Sequence record: NC_028901.1
Source: Escherichia phage slur05
Length of the DNA stretch: 43,900 bases
Direction: 5' to 3' (one strand)
Every line of letters begins with the position of its first letter. The stretch's first letter is position 1. This document shows positions 34,013-43,206 of the stretch, in pieces. Under the pieces are notes generated by a model that saw nothing but the letters and a program-made list of their open reading frames with translations, did no database searches and was not told where the DNA came from. Position numbers and translations under genes: made by a program.

Positions 34013-36277
34013 TTAATCTTTCAGATCGTCATCGGTCGCAGAAAGCGTGATGGGTATATTCGTTTTAATGACGATATTCGACGACCCATAGATGGCCCCG
34101 GTGTGCGGATCTGTATAAAAACCGAGCACGCCGCGCTCCACCATATCGTCTATTGCCTTCGTCGATGTGCCACCTTTTGCCAATCCCGCCTGGCGGACAA
34201 TTGCCGATTTACTGAATCCGGTATGGTCCGGGTTATCTTCCATCAGTTTTTCCAGTGCCGCATAAAGCACTTTCTCTTTTTCATTGCGCGGTCCTGCGGC
34301 GTTCTCATCCTTAACTGCGGCCTTGCCCGCGGCCTTCGCCTGTTCGATGGCGAACGGTGCCAGGGCGACAGGTACGAGATAAAGAGTCTCGTCGCGTGGC
34401 GTGGATGCAATTGGCTTGACGTCCCAACCGGCAACCACGTCGCCGAAGTCAGGCCCGGTGCTGGTGGACTGGTGTGATTCGAACGCTTCGGACTTGCGGA
34501 GATCCACCTTAACCTTGCACTTGAGCAGGACGAAGCCGCGCGGCGCTTGCTTGATGCCGTTACGCGCCTTTTCGTGATACAGGTTCAATTGGCCCGGCTG
34601 ATTGTCGTCCGGTTGCTCGAGGAAGAACGCAGAATCGACAGCGCCATGCAGCGCGCCGGACCCACGGGGAGATCTGCTGCCGTTTGCACCCTTCGCCGGG
34701 TGGTGGATGACGCCCGCACTGCCGCCTGTATTTTCCGCAATGGCCTTCAGCGCTTTGACCACTTCACCCATATCGCTGGCGTTGTTCTCGTCGAACGGTT
34801 TAGCATCGGCGGACCGCAGCGCAACAGTCTGGTTGAGTGAGTCGAACGCCACCAGGCCAACCGGCTCGCCGTTAGCGGTGCGGTTGATGAAGCTGATAAC
34901 TTCACGCAAGCCGGATTTGCTGGTGATATCCCAGCCGCGTGATTGCAGATCGATAATGTGCAGCTTGTCCAGGTCGTGCTCATATTTAATCTGCAATGCT
35001 TCCTTACGCTGGTTGGAGGCTTCGCCACCTTCCGCGTCGAAATAGAAGCAATGAGACTGGACGACCTTCGCGCCGCCGAACGGAATCCCCGCGGCAACCG
35101 CACCCATTTGCCCCAGCACATAGAACGACTTACCGATGTTCGACTCACCGGCAAGATACCAGGTCGATTTAAAGTTAATCAACCCCTCGATGATCGGGTC
35201 GTGCTTGCTGAACAGTGCAACCGGCTCGTTGTCCAAGTCTGCGTCCGTACATCCGCCGTACTCGTCGCCGTCTCCGACCGCATCAACGATATGCGCATAG
35301 CACGATTCCACTTCCTCGTCGTCCAGTCCTGGGAGGATGGCGGCGATTTGCTTACGTGACATGTTGTGCGGTTCGACGTTCAGGTGGTCCGGGATCCCGA
35401 TAAGACGTAGCGCCAGGTGCTGGTGTCTGTTCAGTTCGGAACAGCACTCGTTGCCGGTGTGCATACACTTGAAACGGATCTCGCCATCCTTAACCATGAT
35501 AGCGGTGGACCCTTCGCCACTATGCAGATGTTCGTTCGGGCACGGCACTTCATAACCGCGACCAGAAGATAACTCCTCGAATCCGGCCTGGAAGCACCAG
35601 TCCAGAATGCCGTCTGCCACTGCGTCGTCGCCATGGGTAAGCTCGCGGCGTACTTCCTCTTTTTCCACTCCCAGCTTATCAGCCAGGCGAAGCAGACGAC
35701 GGACGCGGGCACGTTTGCCGTAGTGACACTTAACAACCGATTGCTGGTGAGGCAGGTACATAAGGCGGTTTGTGTCTTTCGTGCAATCGTCGAAGTCCAC
35801 ATCTGACAGGCCCAGTTGGTGTAATAGTGCATACTGGACGCGGCCCAGGTCTTCAGCCGGTACAGGCTTGTCAGTGAGCACCAGGAAACGAGCGCAACGC
35901 GTGCCACCTTTCAGCGGGTGGCGATCGCCGGTTGTGGTGTGAAATACATGTTCCAGTCCCGCGTCGATGAACGCCTTACGGCAGCGGCGCAGGGTGCGGG
36001 TGTCGGTACGGTCAATATCGAAGAACAGGATCGAGCGATCCACCGCACTGGTCTTGCGGCGTAATCCGTCACTGGTATAAGCCACAATCCCATCAGCCTT
36101 ACGCTTGCGGCGCGCATACTCCGCTTTATCTTCCGTTTTGTTGATATGCACCGAGGAGATTTCTTTCGCATCATTGATAAATTCGAAAAACTCTTCGGTA
36201 GTCATCTGGAAGTTTTCCGCCCTGGCTTTTTCGCCTTTTTTAGCGGGTCGTGTTACAGCGAATTTAATCAAGCTCAT
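34013..36277 (-). CDS. Primase-helicase (primase/prim-pol-like N-terminus plus P-loop helicase)
   Basis: 754 aa; N-terminal Asp-rich motif (LFFDIDRTD), Cys/His cluster (CPNEHLH...C...NECC), Walker A LAGESNIGKS, Walker B-like LVAFDSLNQ, sensor GVIHHPAKG. Confidence 0.7.
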   Translation of the reverse strand: MSLIKFAVTRPAKKGEKARAENFQMTTEEFFEFINDAKEISSVHINKTEDKAEYARRKRKADGIVAYTSDGLRRKTSAVDRSILFFDIDRTDTRTLRRCRKAFIDAGLEHVFHTTTGDRHPLKGGTRCARFLVLTDKPVPAEDLGRVQYALLHQLGLSDVDFDDCTKDTNRLMYLPHQQSVVKCHYGKRARVRRLLRLADKLGVEKEEVRRELTHGDDAVADGILDWCFQAGFEELSSGRGYEVPCPNEHLHSGEGSTAIMVKDGEIRFKCMHTGNECCSELNRHQHLALRLIGIPDHLNVEPHNMSRKQIAAILPGLDDEEVESCYAHIVDAVGDGDEYGGCTDADLDNEPVALFSKHDPIIEGLINFKSTWYLAGESNIGKSFYVLGQMGAVAAGIPFGGAKVVQSHCFYFDAEGGEASNQRKEALQIKYEHDLDKLHIIDLQSRGWDITSKSGLREVISFINRTANGEPVGLVAFDSLNQTVALRSADAKPFDENNASDMGEVVKALKAIAENTGGSAGVIHHPAKGANGSRSPRGSGALHGAVDSAFFLEQPDDNQPGQLNLYHEKARNGIKQAPRGFVLLKCKVKVDLRKSEAFESHQSTSTGPDFGDVVAGWDVKPIASTPRDETLYLVPVALAPFAIEQAKAAGKAAVKDENAAGPRNEKEKVLYAALEKLMEDNPDHTGFSKSAIVRQAGLAKGGTSTKAIDDMVERGVLGFYTDPHTGAIYGSSNIVIKTNIPITLSATDDDLKD

Positions 36278-36287
36278 TGCCGTTGCC

Positions 36288-36617
36288 TTACTTTGAAGTT
36301 TTATTATTGCGTACCCAGGAGCGCACTGTGCTCTGATTAATTCCGGTCAACTCGGCGATCATTGCCCATGACTTTCCCTCATTGCGCAAACGGATAACCT
36401 GCTTTTTGTATTCTTCCATTTCTTCATTGTGTTTTTGCAGCTTGCTTGCTGCCGTGCCGTTGAGCAATTCCAGCTTCGCGGTAAGCTCCTTCTCAGCACG
36501 CGATAATCTGGACACTTCAAATAACAGAGTATCCACCGCATTTGTGTAATACCAGGATTTACCCGCTTCGCCGCGGATTGCATTAGATAACACTTCAATT
36601 GCTTCTTTGATATTCAT
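36288..36617 (-). CDS. HTH DNA-binding protein (putative transcriptional regulator)
   Basis: C-terminal helix-turn-helix (SWAMIAELTGINQSTVRSWV); coiled-coil middle; heads a divergent regulatory region carrying an operator-like palindrome. Confidence 0.55.
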   Translation of the reverse strand: MNIKEAIEVLSNAIRGEAGKSWYYTNAVDTLLFEVSRLSRAEKELTAKLELLNGTAASKLQKHNEEMEEYKKQVIRLRNEGKSWAMIAELTGINQSTVRSWVRNNKTSK

Positions 36618-36630
36618 AATTCAGTCTCCT

Positions 36631-36647
36631 GTTGGTTAATGACCAAC
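36631..36647. promoter_or_regulatory. Operator-like inverted repeat GTTGGT-N5-ACCAAC in the leader of the HTH regulator gene
   Basis: Perfect 6 bp arms separated by 5 bp, between the putative promoter (TTGACA at 36671-36676 on minus strand) and the RBS. Confidence 0.4.
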
Positions 36648-36746
36648 GAAACTACACCTAAAACTGCATGGTGTCAAATCCTTTGGATATTGAAACGGGC
36701 GCGCACGCGTGTAATAATAATTCCCGTCTCATTGTCTCTTATTGGT

Positions 36747-36782
36747 TAGCGCCGTCGCATTTTGCCTCGGCGCTTTTTTTTT
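36747..36782 (+). terminator. Plus-strand intrinsic terminator inside the divergent regulatory region
   Basis: Stem AGCGCCG/CGGCGCT followed by T10; no annotated plus-strand gene upstream. Confidence 0.5.
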
Positions 36783-36793
36783 GAAATTAGTTG

Positions 36794-36823
36794 TTGACAC
36801 CCATCCTGCAACCAATCTATCAT
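36794..36823 (+). promoter_or_regulatory. Sigma70-like promoter TTGACA-18-TATCAT for the charged-protein operon
   Basis: Consensus -35 TTGACA 36794-36799, -10 TATCAT 36818-36823; spacer contains TGCAACCAAT. Confidence 0.55.
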
Positions 36824-37019
36824 TCACTCCGTCGACAGGATGCAGGACGCAAACTGGAGAGGGGCAACGCAGGGGCCGGATCGAAGTGTCAGGATTCCCA
36901 ACCGTGATTATATAACCAGGTCCACTACCCGAACGGGAGAACGCGCAACCTGGCAATATGTTAAGGCCACCGACGAAGTTAACTGCCGACACCTAAACTT
37001 AACCAATCGGAGATATACC

Positions 37020-37538
37020 ATGTTTGAGCAAATCGTAAACCTGATCACTCGCGGCGTAGTAGCACTGGAAGTCATCGCTAAGCATTATGAAACCGTTGGC
37101 GCTGCCGTTGGTAAGCAGGACGACAAGAAGCCGTCTAAGGCCAAAAAAGAAGTTGTCGAAGATGGCGACGATGAAGCCGAAGACGAAAAACCGGCTAAAG
37201 CTAAAAAAGCACCGGCGAAGGGTAAGGCCAAAAAAGAAGTCGTAGAAGATGACGACGACGAAGACGCCGAAGACGAAAAACCGGCTAAGGCTAAAAAAGC
37301 ACCGGCGAAAGGCAAAGGTAAGAAAGATGCCGATCCGCTGGCAGAGATGCGCGACGAAATCAAACAGTATGCCGCGATTATCGCCGGTGGTGATGACGAC
37401 GATGCTAACGACGAATTTGACGACCTGCTGGAAGCGTTCGAGATCAAATCAATCGCCAAGCTGGAAGACGACGACGTCGAAGACTTCCACAAAGATTTAA
37501 AAGAAATCGTCGAGACTTATTTCGAACTGGAAGACTAA
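37020..37538 (+). CDS. Charged repetitive protein (Lys/Ala-rich repeats alternating with acidic blocks)
   Basis: GGAGA RBS; promoter TTGACA-18-TATCAT upstream; internal repeat KKEVVEDxDDExEDEKPAKAKKAPAKGK x2; acidic C-terminal half. Confidence 0.6.
   Translation: MFEQIVNLITRGVVALEVIAKHYETVGAAVGKQDDKKPSKAKKEVVEDGDDEAEDEKPAKAKKAPAKGKAKKEVVEDDDDEDAEDEKPAKAKKAPAKGKGKKDADPLAEMRDEIKQYAAIIAGGDDDDANDEFDDLLEAFEIKSIAKLEDDDVEDFHKDLKEIVETYFELED
37140..37300 (+). repeat. Direct ~75 bp tandem repeat inside the charged-protein gene
   Basis: AAAAAAGAAGT(T/C)GT(C/A)GAAGATG...GAAGACGAAAAACCGGCTAA(A/G)GCTAAAAAAGCACCGGCGAA occurs twice. Confidence 0.6.
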
Positions 37539-37542
37539 TATC

Positions 37543-37668
37543 ATGGACTATGAAATGAGAATCATGCTCGATTTCATAGCAGAAAATTGGGCGGCATTCA
37601 CCGCCTTCTGCGAAGAAAGAGGCGACGACCCGGACGAGGTTTATAAACAACTCGGCGGTGAAGATTAA
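37543..37668 (+). CDS. Hypothetical small acidic protein (41 aa)
   Basis: ATG 4 nt after the upstream stop; followed by intrinsic terminator 37676-37704. Confidence 0.35.
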   Translation: MDYEMRIMLDFIAENWAAFTAFCEERGDDPDEVYKQLGGED

Positions 37669-37675
37669 TATTATC

Positions 37676-37704
37676 CGGCCCGCATATTAGCGGGCCTCTT
37701 TTTA
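37676..37704 (+). terminator. Rho-independent terminator after the charged-protein operon
   Basis: Stem GGCCCGC/GCGGGCC, loop ATATTA, then TCTTTTT. Confidence 0.65.
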
Positions 37705-37716
37705 GAGGACGAGACA

Positions 37717-37968
37717 ATGGCACGCTTCACGCTAATCGAGGCGGTGGACTCCCGCGACCAACGCCCATATTATTGGCTATTCGAACGCATCGGCAATTTT
37801 CGGTCGCGCGTGGCTGTAATAGACAAACGCCGCAACACCCCCGCGCAAATTAAGCGCACCACCTTTACTAATCCCGACTTTTATATTTGGGCCGATTCCA
37901 ATCTGGAATATGTTCGCTTCGCCGTTGCATCAGAAGCAAGAACAATTGACCGCTGGGAGACAAAATAA
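37717..37968 (+). CDS. Hypothetical protein (83 aa)
   Basis: GAGGA RBS (GAGGACGAGACAATG); basic protein. Confidence 0.45.
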   Translation: MARFTLIEAVDSRDQRPYYWLFERIGNFRSRVAVIDKRRNTPAQIKRTTFTNPDFYIWADSNLEYVRFAVASEARTIDRWETK

Positions 37969-38147
37969 TGAAATTCTTCGTCCTGGCAACATGCCACAAA
38001 TTAGACGACCATTGCTCTTTTATTGTTGAAAACACCAACGAAAGCAATTGCTTTGCGGACGCACAAAATGAAGTTAAGCGCCGCGGCGAAAAAGCGGGCA
38101 AGGCTAATGTGAAATATGTAATTGTCCAGTTTACACGGGTGGAATAA
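37968..38147 (+). CDS. Hypothetical small Cys/His-containing protein (59 aa)
   Basis: ATG overlaps the upstream stop; stop overlaps the downstream ATG (TAATG); below the 60 aa cutoff of the supplied ORF track. Confidence 0.35.
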   Translation: MKFFVLATCHKLDDHCSFIVENTNESNCFADAQNEVKRRGEKAGKANVKYVIVQFTRVE

Positions 38148-39577
38148 TGGCGATTAAACCAAAACGTAAAACGCAATCCGGTAGCAACACGGAGCATTCA
38201 TTACTCGGCCCGTCCGGGTCTAAAAAATGGATGGGTTGCCCCGCCGCCCTGGTGGTGGAAAAAGATATCCCGAACGAATCCGGGCAAGCGGCGATTAACG
38301 GTACGAGTATGCACACCGTATCTGAAGTCGTGCTCAACCGCATCATTGCCGGTGAGAAGATGATAACCGCGAAGACGTACAAAGGGTGCTACGTCGAGAA
38401 TGAAGGCAAGGGGCCAGTAAAGGCGCACCCGAAAGCGCCGAAAGGCGGCGTACTGGTCAACGACGACATGGTGAAACAGTGCGATGCGTACATCGACCAC
38501 TGGCGACCGCTCCTCGAAGTGGCAGAGTTTGTCCAGCTTGAGATGCGCGCCGATCTGACCCGCGTCCTTCACTCAGACTACGAGATCGACGGCAACCGGG
38601 TTAAGACGTTCGGTACTGCAGATATGGTCATGGTCATGAAGAAGACCGACGGTACGTACATGCTGATTGTTGGCGACCTGAAGACTGGGTGGCATAAGGT
38701 CGAGGCGAAAGAAAACAAACAGCTTATGTTGTATGCGCTGGGCCTGCTGCGCAAGCTGAAAACCATGTACGACATTACGACCGTGCGCCTGGTTATCTTC
38801 CAGCCGTATTGCGGCGGGGCGTCGGAGTGGGATATTTCGGTAGAAGCCCTGGAGATATTCGCGAAGTTTGCGTCCAAGCGTGCTATCGCCGCCCTGGAAG
38901 CGTACGCCCGCGGCAAAAAGGGACTAACCCGTGCCGACTTCCGACCGAGCGTTGATGCGTGTCAGTGGTGCAGATTTGCGGATCAGTGTAGCGCCCGCGC
39001 TAAGGCTGCAATCGACACGATGACCCCACCAACGGCAACAGACGAAGACCTGGGCGACGACGTGAGTATTGCGACAGAGGAAGAATGCGCCAATCACGAC
39101 CGCAATATGGCCCGCGAAGCCCGCAAAGCGGCACGACGTGCTAAGCGTGGCAAGAAAGAAGCGGCCCCCGGCGCTATGACCGCCGCAGAACTGCGCAAGG
39201 CTTATGAAGGCCTGGACGCAATGCGCCAGCACATCAAAGCTATCGAGTCCGCGGTATTCAAAGCGGTAATGGCGGGCGATGGCGAATCGCTGGGCCTCAA
39301 GATGGTTGCCGGTAAGGAAGGGATCCGTAAGTGGGCGGACGAGAGCGAAGTTATTGAAATCTTCACGAAGGCCCGGATCAAGCGCGATGTGATGTACAAA
39401 GAAACATTGCTCAGCCCTACGGATGCCGAGAAGGTACTGAAGGACGAAAAACCGAAAGTGTGGGCGAAGCTGTGTGATAAAATCACGCGCGCACCTGCCA
39501 AACCGGTGTTAGCACCAATCGACGACCCGCGCCCTGCGTGGTCGGAAGCTACTGACGAGGACTTAAGCAATGAATAA
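38147..39577 (+). CDS. PD-(D/E)XK nuclease, DUF2800/Cas4-like
   Basis: N-terminal LLGPSGSKKWMGCP, nuclease core (GTADMVMV...GDLKTGWHKVEAKENKQLMLYALG), Cas4-like Cys cluster (CQWCRFADQC); charged C-terminal extension. Confidence 0.6.
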   Translation: MAIKPKRKTQSGSNTEHSLLGPSGSKKWMGCPAALVVEKDIPNESGQAAINGTSMHTVSEVVLNRIIAGEKMITAKTYKGCYVENEGKGPVKAHPKAPKGGVLVNDDMVKQCDAYIDHWRPLLEVAEFVQLEMRADLTRVLHSDYEIDGNRVKTFGTADMVMVMKKTDGTYMLIVGDLKTGWHKVEAKENKQLMLYALGLLRKLKTMYDITTVRLVIFQPYCGGASEWDISVEALEIFAKFASKRAIAALEAYARGKKGLTRADFRPSVDACQWCRFADQCSARAKAAIDTMTPPTATDEDLGDDVSIATEEECANHDRNMAREARKAARRAKRGKKEAAPGAMTAAELRKAYEGLDAMRQHIKAIESAVFKAVMAGDGESLGLKMVAGKEGIRKWADESEVIEIFTKARIKRDVMYKETLLSPTDAEKVLKDEKPKVWAKLCDKITRAPAKPVLAPIDDPRPAWSEATDEDLSNE

Positions 39578-39812
39578 AGTATTCGCAATCTTATTGATGT
39601 TTTTGCTCGGAGCGCTGGGCTTTATCCTGCATTGCGTGCAAGGCGTGTTAATGGTGGCGTGGATGATTCGGCATCCGACCCGCTGGCTGGATGACGGCTA
39701 TAGCGAAGTTGCCGTCGATTGGGTGGGGACGAACATCGACCGCCCGCCGTTAAGCTGGATCGAGAACGCTACCGACTACGTTACCAGAAATCTTTTTAAT
39801 GAAAATGCTTGA
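39570..39812 (+). CDS. Small membrane protein (80 aa)
   Basis: Hydrophobic N-terminus (VFAILLMFLLGALGFILHCVQGVLMVAWMI); overlaps the upstream stop. Confidence 0.4.
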   Translation: MNKVFAILLMFLLGALGFILHCVQGVLMVAWMIRHPTRWLDDGYSEVAVDWVGTNIDRPPLSWIENATDYVTRNLFNENA

Positions 39813-39837
39813 CCGCTTAGGCGCAACCAAGTAAATT
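39809..39837 (+). promoter_or_regulatory. Promoter-like element TTGACC-17-TAAATT upstream of the SSB gene
   Basis: -35 TTGACC 39809-39814, -10 TAAATT 39832-39837; GCAACCAA motifs in and after the spacer. Confidence 0.4.
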
Positions 39838-39902
39838 GGCAACCAAGCCGAACGGGGTGGCTTCCAATAACCCCGATGCATGTGAAAATGAGGAATTGGA
39901 AA

Positions 39903-40685
39903 ATGGCTAAAGTCAACCTGAAAAATGTGCGCGTATGCTTCCTGAAAATTTGGGAACGTGATACCCCTAAACAGGATGGACAAAAACCGGCATACCGTGC
40001 CGTGATTCTTCTGGATAAAGAAGATCCGCAGGTGGACAAAGTGGAAGCGGCAGCGCGCGCAGTGCTCACCGACAAGCTGAAATCCGAGAAGAATGCCGAT
40101 AAGTGGATGGACCGCCACTACGCCCAGGATTCTAAGGAATGCGCAGTGCGCGACGGCGACGAGCGCGATGAAGTAACCGAAGAATTCGAAGGCATGTTGT
40201 ATATCAACGCCAAATCGTTCAAACAACCAATCATTCAAACGTCACTCGGCGAGAAGCAGACTGAACAAGGTCTGACCATCGACGGCGACGAGATTGAAGG
40301 CCAGGAGATCTACTCCGGTTGTTATTGCAACGTGTCCCTTGATATTTGGGCGTGGAACAACACCAACGGCAAGGGACTCGGTGCTGGCTTGCTGGGTTTA
40401 CGCTTCCGTGATGACGGTGAAGCCTTCGGCGGTGGCGGGTCTTCATGCTCCGATGAAGACCTGGACAACGACGACGAAGACGAAGCACCGCGCAAGGCTA
40501 AGAAGTCAAAACGTCGTGATGACGATGATGAAGATGACAAGCCGCGCAAGTCCAAGAAATCCAAGCGCCGCGATGACGACGACGATGAGGAAGATGAAAA
40601 ACCTCGCAAACGTCGTAAGCCACGCGATGACGAAGATGAGGACGACGACGAAGACGAAGCACCACGCAAACGTCGCCGCCGTTAA
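39903..40685 (+). CDS. ssDNA-binding protein (DUF2815-like) with charged repeat tail
   Basis: GAGGA RBS; promoter TTGACC-17-TAAATT (39809-39837); partner of DUF2800 nucleases; C-terminus has DDDEDE/PRKxKKSKRR repeats; terminator 40704-40727. Confidence 0.5.
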   Translation: MAKVNLKNVRVCFLKIWERDTPKQDGQKPAYRAVILLDKEDPQVDKVEAAARAVLTDKLKSEKNADKWMDRHYAQDSKECAVRDGDERDEVTEEFEGMLYINAKSFKQPIIQTSLGEKQTEQGLTIDGDEIEGQEIYSGCYCNVSLDIWAWNNTNGKGLGAGLLGLRFRDDGEAFGGGGSSCSDEDLDNDDEDEAPRKAKKSKRRDDDDEDDKPRKSKKSKRRDDDDDEEDEKPRKRRKPRDDEDEDDDEDEAPRKRRRR

Positions 40686-40703
40686 GGGCAAAGCCCACTA
40701 TTC

Positions 40704-40727
40704 AAGCCCGCTTAATGCGGGCTTTTT
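40704..40727 (+). terminator. Rho-independent terminator after the SSB gene
   Basis: Stem AAGCCCGC/GCGGGCTT, loop TTAAT, then TTTTT. Confidence 0.65.
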
Positions 40728-40743
40728 AATAGGACAATGAAAA

Positions 40744-40914
40744 ATGCGTATTAAAGCCAGCGAAGTAAAAGTCGGGATGAAAGTATGGTCCAAGCTACTG
40801 GGGGAATATTTCACAGTTGCCGAGATTCGCAACAACGGCGAAGAGATCACCCTGTCAGACGGCATCTTCTCCATGATCGGCAGCGCTGACGCCGTAGTGA
40901 GGATAAAGCAATGA
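40744..40914 (+). CDS. Hypothetical small protein (56 aa)
   Basis: ORF whose stop overlaps the polymerase ATG (ATGA); below the ORF-track cutoff. Confidence 0.35.
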   Translation: MRIKASEVKVGMKVWSKLLGEYFTVAEIRNNGEEITLSDGIFSMIGSADAVVRIKQ

Positions 40915-43202
40915 AAGACTTCGAACGTCTGTTTCTCGACACCGAGACATTTAGCGGGGTGGACCTGAAGAAAGTGGGGGCGTACGCCTACGCAGAGCAC
41001 CCAACCACCGAGATTATGATTTGCACCTACGCCATCGACGAAGGCCGCGTGCAGACATGGGATTGCACTGAATCCCCCACAATGCCGCGTGAACTGCGCA
41101 AGGCGCTCCGCCATGTATCCCGCAAGAAAGCAAAAATAGTGATGGCTAACGGCCTCCTGTTTGACCGCCTGGTTATCCGCGAGAAGTGGGGCATCGACCT
41201 GCCGGTAAGCCAGATCGAAGACACCATGATTATGGCCTTTCGCCACGCGCTGCCCGGTAGCCTCGATATGCAGTGCCAGGTGCTGGGCGTTGACGCAGAG
41301 CACGCGAAAGATAAGGCAGGCAAGGCGCTGATTAAACGATTCTGTAAGCCCACCCCTAAGACCTACAAAATCCGCCGCTACACACGCGAGACGCACCCCG
41401 AAGAATGGGCCAAATTCTTGCGCTATGCCGCGCTGGATATTGTTGCCATGCGTGAAGTCTACTGGCGCATACCGGACTGGGGCAACTCACCGAAGGAAGA
41501 TGAAATCCTGCTCATCGACCAGTTGATTAACGACCGCGGCTTCTACGTTGACGTTGACCTGGCGAACGCCGCGATCAAAGCGGTACAGGCGCATAAGGAA
41601 GAATTGAAGGAAGAAGCCTGGGAGCGATTTGGCGGTAAGCTGACAGGCAATGACTTCCTGCCAATCCTGCGTGATATCGCCCCGGCGTTCACGATCCACA
41701 ACGCGCAAAAATCCACGCTTAACGACCTTCTTGAAGACCCGGACTTCCCCGACGAAGGCAAAGCGCTTATCGAAATGCGCCTCGGCGCGTCATCAACGGC
41801 ATCGACTAAATACAATCCGCTCGTTAATGGCCTGTCTGCCGATGGTCGCCGTCGTGGGTGTCTTCAGTACGGCGGCGCAAAGCGCACGCTACGCTGGGCC
41901 GGTAAAGGCTTCCAGCCGCAAAACCTGGCACGCGGCGAGTACAGCGACGACCACGAAGGGAAGATTAAGCGCCGCGAAGGCGAGAGCGACGTCGCTTTTT
42001 GGGTCCGGTCGCACATGCTCACCAACGGCATCAACTCCCTGTTACGCGGGACTGCACACTGGGCGTATGACATATCGAAGTTAACGGCCTCGACCGTTCG
42101 CGGGTGCATTATTCCGGCTAAGGGTAAGAAGTTTGTTGTAGCTGACTATTCTAACGTGGAAGGGCGTGGCCTCGCCTGGATCGCTGGTGAGAAAACCGCG
42201 CTAATGGTGTTTAGGGCCGGTCGCGATATTTATTGTGAAACTGCCGGTAAGATGTTCGGCCTTGACCCGGAATACATTAAAGCCAACCGCAAAGACCTAC
42301 GCCAGATTGGTAAGGCGTGTGAGTTGGGACTTGGCTATGGCGGCGGCGTGGCTGCGTTCTTGCAGTTCGCTAAAAACCTGGGCCTCGACCTTTACGCGAT
42401 GGCGGACGTCATGAAGGGCACATTCCCCGATCACATTTGGGCAGCGGCTAAACGGGGTTATGAGTACGCCCGCATTAACGAAGCGAAGCGACCGCCGAAG
42501 CCGGGCAAGAAGGACGAGCGCCCGACTTACATACTGCCTAAAAACGTTTGGCTGACCTGCGACGCGATCAAACGCATGTGGCGTGAGGCCCACCCGAAGA
42601 CGGTAGCCTTTTGGGCCGAGCTTGAGGACGCGGTGTTGTGTGCAATCCGCAATCCTGGCAAAGCGTACTGGGCTGGCGCGAACGTTCGCCCGGATGGTAA
42701 GAAAGCGCTCAAGATAGTCCGCACGAAGGCGAAGCATGACCCAACCTTCGACGAGGAACGCGACGACCCGAACGCCGCGGGGTGGTGGTTGAAAATTGAG
42801 TTGCCGTCGGGGCGTATTATGAGTTATCCGGGCATTGCGCTGTCTGTCACTACCGAGATCGACGAAGATACTGGCAAGAAACGCACCAGCACCCGCATTA
42901 AATATCAGGGCGAGAATCAGACGACCCGCCAGTGGGGCTTCCAGTACACCTACGGCGGCAAACTCACGGAAAACATCGTACAGGCGCTGTGTCGCGATAT
43001 CCTCGCATGGTCCATGCCTGGCGTTGAAGCTGCGGGATATGAGATCGTACTGTCCGTACACGATGAACTGATAACCGAAGTGCCGGATACTGACGACTAC
43101 ACAACCGAGGAGTTGTGCGCGCTGATGTGCGACCTGCCTGTTTGGGCGAAAGGCTTCCCGCTTGCCGCGGAAGGCGACATTATGTACAGGTACAGGAAGT
43201 AA
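40911..43202 (+). CDS. Family A DNA polymerase with N-terminal 3'-5' exonuclease domain
   Basis: Exo motif LFLDTETFS; polymerase motif A DYSNVEGRGLAWIAGE, motif B RQIGKACELGLGYGGG, motif C LSVHDEL. Confidence 0.85.
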   Translation: MKDFERLFLDTETFSGVDLKKVGAYAYAEHPTTEIMICTYAIDEGRVQTWDCTESPTMPRELRKALRHVSRKKAKIVMANGLLFDRLVIREKWGIDLPVSQIEDTMIMAFRHALPGSLDMQCQVLGVDAEHAKDKAGKALIKRFCKPTPKTYKIRRYTRETHPEEWAKFLRYAALDIVAMREVYWRIPDWGNSPKEDEILLIDQLINDRGFYVDVDLANAAIKAVQAHKEELKEEAWERFGGKLTGNDFLPILRDIAPAFTIHNAQKSTLNDLLEDPDFPDEGKALIEMRLGASSTASTKYNPLVNGLSADGRRRGCLQYGGAKRTLRWAGKGFQPQNLARGEYSDDHEGKIKRREGESDVAFWVRSHMLTNGINSLLRGTAHWAYDISKLTASTVRGCIIPAKGKKFVVADYSNVEGRGLAWIAGEKTALMVFRAGRDIYCETAGKMFGLDPEYIKANRKDLRQIGKACELGLGYGGGVAAFLQFAKNLGLDLYAMADVMKGTFPDHIWAAAKRGYEYARINEAKRPPKPGKKDERPTYILPKNVWLTCDAIKRMWREAHPKTVAFWAELEDAVLCAIRNPGKAYWAGANVRPDGKKALKIVRTKAKHDPTFDEERDDPNAAGWWLKIELPSGRIMSYPGIALSVTTEIDEDTGKKRTSTRIKYQGENQTTRQWGFQYTYGGKLTENIVQALCRDILAWSMPGVEAAGYEIVLSVHDELITEVPDTDDYTTEELCALMCDLPVWAKGFPLAAEGDIMYRYRK

Positions 43203-43206
43203 GATT

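Noticed and set aside
34470-34500. tRNA-like T-loop sequence (GATTCGAAC) inside the primase-helicase gene
   Set aside because: No matching acceptor or anticodon stems could be built around it and it lies within a strongly supported coding frame; no tRNA is called anywhere in the window.
36840-37019. Upstream extension of the charged-protein ORF (start 36840)
   Set aside because: The extension would start inside the promoter region and has no RBS; ATG 37020 has a GGAGA RBS at the right spacing.
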